Source: Rhizophagus irregularis | Lineage: Eukaryota | Direction: 5' to 3' | DNA: 64,000 nt | Assembly (NCBI RefSeq): GCF_026210795.1 | Contig: NC_089429.1 | Span: 6,076,001 to 6,140,000 of the forward strand | Part shown: piece after piece, positions 1 to 11,097 of the stretch | Layout: the number at the start of each line of letters is the position of its first letter | Position numbering within the stretch: position 1 is the first letter of the stretch | Notes under the pieces: generated by a model | Told to the model about the DNA's origin: nothing | The model's input: the letters and a program-made list of their open reading frames with translations, nothing else | The model's database searches: none | Position numbers and translations under genes: made by a program

Positions 1-631
1 TAGGTATGGAATCTATAAAAGTAAAATTATTGGTTTAGTTGTTATTGTTTTAAAAAAGAGGAAGAAAGAAAAATATTCAAAATATTCTATTTTAACAGAA
101 AATTTACCGTAAATGCGGTTCTAATTAAAAATAATAAAATGCATATCCATTTATCCCAGTCTTTTCCGCTCATTTCTATTTGCCTTATCCGCCATAATAA
201 GAAAGCTGCTAATGATAATCTCGTTATGGTAGTCCCGGTAATTGAAAAGTGTACAAAGGCAGTGCATTGAATGAGTGTGGGTAATTTTGGAGTCATATAA
301 AGGCCAAGAGTTCCGAAACTACGCATGATTTGACCAAAATTGAAAATAATTTTAAGAATACTTGAAGCATATACTTTGCGTATTTTATATAAAGCTATCG
401 AAATGATCATGTTGTGAAAGCATATCTATAAAAGAGATAAAAGCAGTAAAATCATTAGTTAAAATTTAACACCAGCAGAGGGTTCGCCCACTTTGGACTC
501 AAGGTAAATTTTCCACTTAGCTTTAAGAAATATTAATCAAAATTTTATCCTTAAAATTAATATCTTACCATCAAAATTGCTGCCGTCCAAAAGCCAGCAA
601 ATGCTTGGATCTGAATAAAATTCATATTCAT
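1..631 (-). CDS. 7-TM GPCR-like membrane protein, 5' part (runs off the left edge); paralog of 54733-56001
   Basis: Exons 631/625-569 (MNMNFIQIQAFAGFWTAAILM), 425-108 and 12-<1 (IPYL) with GT-AG introns. Intron positions match the 54733 gene and motifs are shared (LKIIFNFG, LGLYMTPK, QC, RLSL..LLWR.RQI, DKWI.I.LF). Confidence 0.8.
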
Positions 632-3600
632 TTCGATTTTTAGATTTAATGAAAAAAAAAAGAAAAAATTATGGAGCGTGTCTTTTTAAGTTCTAAAAAT
701 TTCATCCGTTCATAAATAAATAAAAATTCGGATTAAAATAAATCCGGCAAAATGGGCACTGTAAAAATAAATTGTGTTATTTATATTTACATTACATTGT
801 ATACATAACTGCTGTATTTTTTGTTTCTAATTAAGTTGAACAAAACATAAAAAGTTGTCAGCCATTGTAGATATTAACCTAATTTGTACTTCATTCAAAA
901 AAAAAAATTTTATTTGATTTAAGGTCATAGCATTTAAAGATCTCATCACATAACTTCTTTCCGCATATGGTCACTATAGAAAACGGATCTAGGAATTAGC
1001 AGCAATTAAAGTTTTAATTTTTATGTTTTGTCATTGAGAACGTAAATGGTGTGAATTTATGTTTTCATTTTGCGTTAATGATATCGCAACTTATTTTTCT
1101 GACCGGTTGGTCAACGAATTTAGAAAGAAAAGAAAAGAATAGAAAATTAAATCATAGAATATATCTAAATAAATGTCAAAATTCTTAAAATGAATTGTTT
1201 TCAAGAAAACGTATTTTAAGCTTTTTGATTTTTTTGGACAATCGTGATGGCGGACTAAAAATATCACAAATATACTGTATATCACACTTTTCATTCCTTT
1301 TCTTATTCTCTACTAATAAAAATTATTACAGTATATTCTATTTTATGTCTTTGTATAATTCTTATATCGAGAGTTTATAGTATATGAAGTAAAATTATCA
1401 TGAGAACTCCCCGCAACACTTTTACTATAAATATTTACTCAGCCGTACGATAATATAGAAACAGTGTGGTATGACTCAAAATTACGTACTACTTATTATT
1501 AATGTTGTGTAAGGTTGGTTATAAGTAACGATTATTATAGAATTACAACCTTTTAGCGGTTGTAATATTATGGCTGTAAATACTACACTATTGTGGTTAG
1601 CTAAAAGATGGTAATTTTGATTTACAACCATTATATTTACTTGACTTTTGGACTTACAATTATTTACGGAGACCAACACTTAATGTTGTGTGACTATGGC
1701 ACTAATGGCAGGAACATTGTTCACTTTCCCATTACATTTAGAAAAATTGTTACCGCCAAAAAAAATTTAAATTTAGAAATCTTGTTAATTCATTCGAAGT
1801 CTATATTTTTTTTCAATAAATATATTTTTTTTTTTCAGCAAAATAAAATTCCAAAACAAAAAAATAAATAACGCTAACATTGTGATACTCTTCTTTTATT
1901 CTTATGGCATGTTTTGTCTCCTAAAATAAACATGAACACAAGTAACGAAAATATAAGGATTTACAACTAACTATCTAAATTTTTTACATAACGGATAACC
2001 TTTTTTAGGAATAATATATTTTTCAAGGAATTTGAATAATTTTAAGAAAACAACAATAATTTTAAAGTTAGCAGATCTTAGATATACTGGCAAAATAGAA
2101 CAATCTCTTTTCTGTAAAAAGAATAATATACATGTATATTTCAAAAATAATATTCCTTTTTAATCAAACTATGTAAACTATGTGTAAAATAAATTTTTTA
2201 TTTTTGTAACACAATTTTACCGGTTATTAACAAAATAAAAAATCTGGTATGTTACATTTGGATTAGAAATTCCAATGCATATTAGGCAGAAAAGTTACAA
2301 TAAATGAATAAACACTTTCTTATTATTTTTTCTCTCAATACAAATCATAGTACAATGCCAACTAAAAGCAAAAAAAAGCGCCGTGACAACAACTAAAAGA
2401 CTTCCTGAAACTATAATATCAATTCCAAGAAACTTTTAAGCTTCTATAACACGTGAACGCAAAAGCCATATCAGACATTTGGGAACGAATGTCTGAAAGT
2501 GAAAAAATCAAAGATTTATACGCGGAAAATATTGATGGCAAAAAATTGGGCAGTCAGTTTTTCGCTTCGAGCAAACACACGTGAATGCAAAAGTCGCATC
2601 AGCTGTCAACTAGGAATTTTAATCGCATCATATCAAACACTTTACACTTTATTTAAGTTCGTAAGTAATTTGTATTACTGTATATAGGCTTATCCACCAA
2701 AAAATGGGCATTAATTAGGATATATCACGAGAGTGCCAGAGTGGGTACTGCAATCAATACCGAAATAATCATACCAAAATAAAAAAATTTATGTTACTTA
2801 AGAGACTAATTTACCCTTTAATAAGGAACATGAATAATTCAGAAATTCAAAAAACGCGAAAAAATATTTTTTTTTTAAAAAGCATTTATTTTTTTATAAT
2901 TTTATTATTCCTGAAAGTTATATATAAAACATATCGGTTCTATATAATTAACATATATACACTTACTAACGATTACGAAAATTATCAATGGCGTTCTCGT
3001 GAAAATGAAAATGAGTAAATAATGTGTACATCGCTTGTTTACCAATTCCCAATATTTCTCCTTTCATAACGAAAGGTTTATTTACTGCGGAAATGATTTC
3101 GATGAACTTTAATATCCAAACTTTAATTCCTTTTTGAACGTGAATTTCTAAGAACAGTTAAGGAAAAGGATTTAGAAATTTAGAGAGTATATCATGTAAG
3201 AAAATAAGAAGTTTAATTAAAAATTTTCCAATTAGGTTACGAAACAATTCATATGTTAATCACTGCAGTCTACGAGTAAGTCACTTGAATTCGACGATCG
3301 GAAATTATGAATATTTTAGGGGCGTAGCTTTATATTTATTTTTAGTTAGTTATGGACTTATGGTCCTCCACGACCATAAACTGATTATGACAGGAATCAG
3401 GATACATAGTTGTCTAATAAATATATTTTTAGCTCATTAATTATACCTCTACCAAGACCTCTTGCAGGTAAAGCTGCGGGACCTAATGGTGCATGCTTCC
3501 GAGAATCCGGTATTTTGTCCGCATACAAAATACGAAAGAAAAAAGTCAAATGAGCCTACCCAAAAGGAGAACGAAGCGATAAAAGAACAAGGAAGGTTGA

Positions 3601-4096
3601 AAATTTTAATGGTAACTTCAATAGGTGAGGAGAAAAATCGGAAAAGTTAATGGTAACCTTAGTGGTTATGAAAGATGACGTTAAGAAATTTTGAGGATAT
3701 GAGGGATGAACAGAGGTACCTAAGTGGTCAAGGTTGAGAGGTATAAGAGGTTAATTTAATAAACCTTAGCTGTTAGTGGTTAATTGTTTTAATAATCATA
3801 CCAACCCTAAGAGGGTTTTGGCCTAGCGCCGGATTATTTATCATCCAATGATAATAATGTTTTTATGCATTATAAGCATCAACCAATAATCCTACCTGAG
3901 ACTATTGCTTGATGACTATTTCGGGAGCTAAATATTATATATATATTAGCAGTTATGCAACTATACATGGGCTTTATGCATTTTTTGGTCAAGTTATGTA
4001 TGATTAACAAACAAATATTTTATTCAATTATTAATTTCTAAAAGTTAACATTTTACAGCTAAAATTCTGTTACTTTCGCTATAAAACCTATATAAA

Positions 4097-6198
4097 TTAT
4101 TGTTGTTGTTGAGATAAAGGATTTTGTTGACTTAGATTATTATTATACAAAGTATTATTTGTATCAGAAATACTAGTTGTACTTGATTGTGGTGGAACTG
4201 TAATCATTAAACCTTCTTGTTGTTGCTGCGTAGCTGTAGCAGAAATCGGTGTATACATTGAATTTGTATTTAAATTATCAAATCCTACTCTCATATCTCG
4301 TATCGTTTGATTATTAAGATTATTCATGACGTCAGTTGTAGAAGTCAAAGTCGCTCTTTCTTTAGATAATTTATCCCGAATACCATTTAAATAATGTACA
4401 TCAACAACATATTCTTGTAAAAATAATTCCAAACTATCAATTCTTGTTAAAATCAATTTATTTTGTTCAGCTGAAGAAAGAGCATGTTTTGAAGGATGAT
4501 TTTTAATATCAGGATTTATTGTATCAAAGAATGGAATAGTTGGTAAAGTCTTTTCAAGCTTTTTTTGTGTTAATCGAGAAAATCCGCAGCAATATGATTG
4601 TACAACTCCCCATGGTCGTAACGTGTCCGCGCCTATCAAGAAATAAAGTTTTATATATATATAGCATACATATTTATAATTTTTTTATGAAATAAGAAAA
4701 TTAAACTTACCAAAAAGTAATGCGTATACTGCTGCTGCTAATCCCCACGCACCACCTATTAAACCTACACCACCTAAGTACTATATGTGATTGAATTTCA
4801 ATTTAATTAATGGAACACTTAAATATTGATAAATAAAGCAATAAATTACTCACCGTACGATTTCTTTTCGAAAAGAAGAAATTATTAATATATAATTAGT
4901 GACTAGTAAATAATGATTTACAAACAAATCATACAAAATACAAACAATGATACTCACCTAACTTCTTTGTTTATCTGAACGGTATTACCCTTAGGATGTA
5001 CACTAAACAATACCGAATTGTTACCCAAATTTATTGGTAATAAAGTTGCCACTAAAAAAAAAAAAAAAAATAAATTAAAATTAAAATTAAAGTTAAAAAT
5101 TTAGAAAAAAATTTTAGCAATAAAAAACTTACATAAAGTAGATTCAATATGTGATTTATTTTCATAACTAGGAGGAAAACCAAAATCATTCATCCAATTT
5201 GGTCTTATAACCTCCTCAATTTTACGATTATATACAAATTGGTAGAGCTACAAAAAAGAGTTCGTTAAAATCTCTGATTTTATAATAGCTAAAATGGTAA
5301 TAAATTATACCTGGTTTAGAACCAAAGTATACGTGTTCATCGTGATAATTGAATTATCAAAACTTGAAATTGATTTAATAGCTTCTGGAGTAGTTAATTC
5401 ATAATATCTCTTTTCCTTAATATAGTTAGTAAGAGGATCATAATCTAAATTTATTTATAAATATTATCAAATATTTTAATTAACGGTCCAGGACATCGGA
5501 CTTCACTTCGGAGGTTTTACTTTAACTTTACCTGAATCGAAAGCTATTATGTCAATCATCGCTTGAATCGGTTGATCAGGAGTGTAATTAACATCATTAA
5601 TTACAAGTACAATATTTAAATACATCATCCCACTTGCTTTACTATCATATTTATAAAAGAAGACATCTGGTGATGGTTGGTAAAATCCAAAATAAAGTTG
5701 GGCTGGCCCATATTTTTCATCAGGGTGAGTTATATCTGACTTACAATCTACCGAAGTAGGTTGTGTAGCATTAATTTCTAAGAATAAAAAAATTAAGAGT
5801 GTTTTTAAAAAAATTGTAAATATAATTAAATTTAATTAAAAGTATAATGAACTTACGATAATATTCTTCATGACAGGTTGTTATCGTGAAATTAAAGTTA
5901 GATTTAAAAATAAAGCCTAAAAAATTTTACCATTCAATCATTATAATGACTCAATTGACTCATGTAACGAAAAAAAAAAATTGTCAAAATAAATTCGTTA
6001 ATTACTTGGAGGGGGAATAGCATTAGAATCAACAAAAGAAGTTTTGACGATTGGAGCATCTTGGACTACATCAATTATTACCATAGAGAGATAACCTGTT
6101 AAACAAGCTACAAGTATGATCATCATCATAAGTTTTAATAATAAGAGAGTCGTAGGCTCACTACGACGATGTCCACGAAATAATTCTGCTAAATTCAT
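4097..6198 (-). CDS. Two-TM membrane protein with a large extracellular loop (~485 aa, 9 exons), DEG/ENaC/P2X-like topology
   Basis: Exons 6198-6006, 5916-5857, 5777-5532, 5444-5311, 5247-5133, 5051-4958, 4863-4854 (10 nt), 4780-4711, 4632-4097. All introns are GT-AG and the joined frame is open. TM1 is LLKLMMMIILVACLTGYLSMVII, TM2 is YLGGVGLIGGAWGLAAAVYALLFG, and the tail is Q/N/T-rich. Confidence 0.85.
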
Positions 6199-6509
6199 GA
6201 TTTATAAGTTAAAGAGCAAAATTATCGTGAAAACGTAGTTAATTTATCTCATATGCATTAAGTTCCACAAATTACATTTATTTTTCTATAAAAAGTAATA
6301 TTACAATAAGATGCATAGTGTCATCATTATAAAACCAAAAAAAAGCTATCCAATTATATTAATTAATATACGGGTTAATCAAATGAATTTTTTAAATAAT
6401 ATTAATTATATAGGAGATAATCTTAATAAGTTATATTATTCAGAAAAAATCCTGAAGAGTTTCATCGACGTTTCATCTCACCGGCGTTCATCTCAATGAC
6501 ACATATGGC

Positions 6510-6690
6510 AAATTTTCTTGTCGTTGCTGTACTACTGTAATAGGAACCAGTGAGTATATTGAATTCGATTATCAATTATCAAAATCCTCCTCCAATATTT
6601 TGTATTCGGATATAAGCGAACTCTAATTTGTACATTTTATCATCATAAATATCCTCCTAATTAGAATCTATTCTATGTAAGCGAATTTTT
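6510..6690 (-). pseudogene. Decayed copy of the last exon of the 4097-6198 gene
   Basis: Collinear blocks shared with ~4210-4460 (ttcttgtYgttgctg, taYattgaatt, aattatcaaa.tcct.ct); no open frame. Confidence 0.5.
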
Positions 6691-7359
6691 TTTAACATTA
6701 TTAAATATTAATATAATTCAATTTCAATTTTGATATATACATTTTTTTTTTACTAGAGATGCGTAAATCATTACTTTCTAATAGATGATACGCGGGGTTA
6801 GTAGCAACAATACTGAATACGCATTTCTTTTTGATTTTTTATAACAACAATATATATCATGTAAAACATTTATTCCTTTATGGGCGCGGATACATTACGT
6901 TGTACAATTTTATTACTGCAGATTTTCTCGCTTAAAAAAGCTTCCCAATAATTCTCATATATACCCTTCAAAGCACGATTCACCAACTGAATGAATTGAT
7001 AATTTAGTATTATTTTTTCGGAAGTACATTATTTATATTGTTTAGATGATGGTATTTATAAATTTTGAAACTATGAATATCAAACATTGAGGAGTCTAGA
7101 TATTCCCATTTTGTAGTTCCAAATTAACTATTTAATATTTATCTATAGAGAATACTAAAATAAGATGTGATTGTTTATTGTGAAACCATGATCATCACTG
7201 TGTAAAACGAAAAAAAGAGCGCGACACAAAATTTACATGTGCATGTGTATGATGTGAAAAGAAATTTAAACTAATAAATTCTTGAAAGTACAATAATTTC
7301 CACACCCTTTACACCTTCAATTTTTTTTTTCGTTTTTGCTCATCAACACAAAATCAATA

Positions 7360-9156
7360 ATGTATAAAAATTTAAATTATTATATGATACTTATTATATT
7401 AAGTCAATTATTTAATATAATAATAGCATATGGACAGAAATTTATACCAGAACCTAGATTGGGAGTTGTATCAGTGCTTATTGAAGATAGAATATATTAT
7501 ATAGGAGGAGATGATCCTAGTAAAACACATTCAGAAGCAAATCCCGAAAATGATATTTTTTATCTTGATCTTAATATTAAAGAAAATTTTTTAACATGGG
7601 TAGATTTGAAAGTAAAATTTCCAATTATTTCCGGACATGCTGCCGATGTCGGAGGCATTAATCAAGATTCAATATTTATTATAGGAGGTAACCATTATGA
7701 TGAAAAAAATACGAATTATTTTTATAGGTTTGATACTAAGACAAATGAATTAAGTGTACCAGTAATTCAAGGAAAGGCACCACCAACACGCGTAGCAAGG
7801 AATTCTGTTAGTTATGAAGGAAAAATGTATTTGTTTGGCGGGCGAGCGTATACTCCGGTCGGTTCAGCTTTAATATATGTCAATCAATTGGATATATTTG
7901 ACACGGTCAACTTAATTTGGCAAGTTGGTAGCATAGTTAATTCTCCCGGTACATTATCCGGATATACGGCAACATTAGTTAATGGAATTATTTATTATAT
8001 TGGAGGTAGATCACAACAGTATGCTTTTTCTCCAATGACCGAGGTATGTAAATAAAGTTTAATAATAAAGTATTTGGAAATATATTTAATAATTTAGAAT
8101 AATTATTATAATAGATTTATCAATATGACATTGTCGCTGATAAATGGTCTTTAAAAGTAAGTTGTAACATTGTATCAAAATATTAACGCCACAAAGTTTT
8201 AATATAAGGAATTTTGCTAATCTTTTTTTTTTAGAAAGCTACAACTGCAGATACTAATGCTATTCCAGGACCTAGAGCTGCTCATTCAGCTGTCCTATGT
8301 AAATTATCTATTCATCTTTTCTTTCTCTTGCTTTTTTTTTTCAAATTATAAAATATTAATTAAATTCTCTCATTTTGTAGTTGATGGTAAAATTTATGTA
8401 TACGGAGGATTGTACTTTAATGCTGATACACCATATGATGTACCAGCTAAAGAAACATTCGTTATGTTGGATACTGTTACTTTAGTATGGTCGGTACCAC
8501 CATACAATAGTACTAACGCACCAAAACTTGCTTATCATTCTGCTTCATTAAAAGGAGCACTTCTGATATTCGCTTTTGGTAAGTTGTTTTTTTTTTAAGA
8601 TATAATTCATGTCGGTGTAATCTTATTTAATTTATTATTATTATTTTTCTTAGGAATACAGACGGATTTGCCGCAAGCTGAAAATAAAAATAATAATTCG
8701 ACTTATTATTTTTACCTAAATAAACCAATTATTGACTGGAGTTCAGAACCCTTATCAGGAACAAAACAACTAAGCCCATCATCAACGATAAGCATAGTAA
8801 CAAAAACACCAGATACCCCTACAGAAACAGCTTTACCTTCTTCACAATATACGATGGGTAAAATGGTAATCGTTGGGACATCAGTTGCATCAGTACTAGT
8901 TGTTCTAACAATAATTGTAGCATGTTCATTAATTTATAAGCGCATAAAGAGTAATCAGAAAATTAAAAGAGAATCCAATAATCCAGATGGTCAAGGTGCT
9001 TTTAACGGAGTCGAAATTCCACCTGATGGTAATAAACATTCATATCTTCAACAATATCCTCCTGTATATCCTCCCGTATATCAACAATTTGCACCCCAAC
9101 AATTACAACCACATTCTATAACGGGAATGCCGTCACCTCCAATTCAACAGCACTAG
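7360..9156 (+). CDS. Kelch-repeat single-pass membrane protein (signal peptide, Kelch propeller, S/T/P stalk, TM, cytoplasmic tail), ~496 aa
   Basis: Exons 7360-8043, 8115-8156, 8235-8298, 8381-8578, 8654-9156; GT-AG, frame open. Kelch motifs IYYIGG, IFIIGG, MYLFGG, IYYIGG, IYVYGG, LIFAFG. TM is MVIVGTSVASVLVVLTIIVACSLIY; the tail contains YPPVYPPVY. Confidence 0.9.
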
Positions 9157-11097
9157 GGTATTCATATTTGTTTATCTCACTTTCACAAGCTTACGTTAAT
9201 TATTATGTAAATTAATCTAATAATTATGTTTAAATTATACTTTAATTAGTTGCTTGTATGGTTTAAAATTTTAAATTCTATTTAATAGTACGATAATTTT
9301 TTTTACCATATACATTTATTTAATTTTCTTTCGCGTAACAAACATAAAAAATGTAGAGTGTTCTTTGAAATTTGAATTTACTATAAAGTTCGTATCAATG
9401 TCTATTTTTGGTTACATGTTTTGTTTAGTCTTTGCAAGAAAATATTTTATGGATATTTTACGATGTTGTATTTATATTGATTAACGTCATCGTACATTGT
9501 ACGGCCGCAAATAAACCATCGATATTCAATATTGTACGCAAATAAACTATTGATATCAATATTGTATGATAATGAAAATATCGGTCAAATATATATATTA
9601 TTGGATATATCACAGGACCGAATGATTGGCTAAAATGGGTCACGTAGTGGCTAATTTCACCAATGAAAGGCAATATAACCCACATCCAAAAATGTTATCG
9701 TTCTGACGGTTTTTGATCGTGCATTTAATATTTAATATTTATATCATAAATAAGTTTTCTATAAATTTCATTTTTATGCTATTTTTAATCCACTTTATAA
9801 GCTTTATTTAAACTTTTCCTATAAAAAATTTCATTTACACTAAATTTTTCTCCACTTTATTAACTTTATTATATCAATCATGTATTATTGCTATGTCTAA
9901 TAAAAATAGCGGTCTATGAAAATCTGATCCTATTGGGCTGGACGATAATAAATAATTAAATAAATAAAAATTTTCCACTTCAAAGATCATATTTTATTAC
10001 ATCTTTAGTCGAACACAATGAATTTATTCCAGCTACAATTGATAGTTTATTAATTATTTTTTACAATATATTTTGTTGACGTGCAATTTTTAGATTAATT
10101 CGATATAACAAGATTAAAGTGAATTCTACTGATGGTATGAGTATTATGAATCAACTATACCTGGTTAAATAATATCACGTGATATATTTTATCAAATTAT
10201 GAGATCATATGATGTACATATATGCTTACCATAGTAAATTATGACGTGATACACTCTACCTTTAAAATTATAAGAAAAAAAAGACGTTCTGTAAATTACT
10301 CATATAATTTCATGATCCAAAAAATCAAAAATAAATATATATATTCTTATTTTAATATTGTAATACATGTTAAAAATAAATTTCATGACGCGGCCTAGAA
10401 TTACACGATGACGTTCTATACTATGAACAGTATGAACAAACCAACATACGTCCATTTAACCCTCTTGCTCTTACAATGCCAGACAATCCTCGGACTTTCA
10501 TGTAAACTCTGCCTGCTAAATTCGATGACAAACGTGCTTAAAATCTCACAGTATAAGGCAGGGAATAGATACCAGTCATGCCGCCGGTCAAAGTCCCATC
10601 TTGATTTTGTTTTTTCTTATTGTCATTTGATATTCTGAGCAAAGCACATAGGGACTTTACGATATTTGTCTTCGGTGAAGCAAATAAGATTTCCATTTCT
10701 CTGGAAAAATCTATAAGAGGAAGTATTAAAGGATAATAAAAAAAATTTTTGATAATAATAAATATTTACTGATTATAGTAGCTATTCTCTGTTTAATTAA
10801 GGACAGAATATTAGATGTTGTTAGGGAAAAATTAGCTAGTGATGATATACAGTACGATTTTTTTACAGTTTACTTACTGATCACGAATTAAAACTCTATG
10901 TACGTATTAATTTTAAATTTTCATATTATATAATTTTATATTATCGTAGTATAACTAGGTAACGATGACCGTTAGACGTCCGAAGCGGGCGTCACGCTGC
11001 TTTTCCAAAGTAAAATCTTATTAGTGTTATATTTTGCAACGATTTATAAACATTATCCTTATTGTCAAACTCAATTGTTAAAGTTTTTTATTGATAA

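Noticed and set aside
478..500. GGTTCG as a tRNA/SINE B-box
   Set aside because: Not followed by ANTCC; no A-box or cloverleaf.
3320..3910. GC-richer island with hairpins (TTATGGTC-CTCCAC-GACCATAA) and a GKAAGPNG peptide
   Set aside because: I could not fit an HDV-like or hammerhead ribozyme core, and no RT sequence follows the peptide. It is most likely retroelement UTR debris.
10445..10520. TAACCCT and GAAAGTCC strings suggesting telomerase RNA or RNase P/MRP
   Set aside because: The template-like stretch is incomplete, the two motifs lie on opposite strands, and no CR-V partner is seen.
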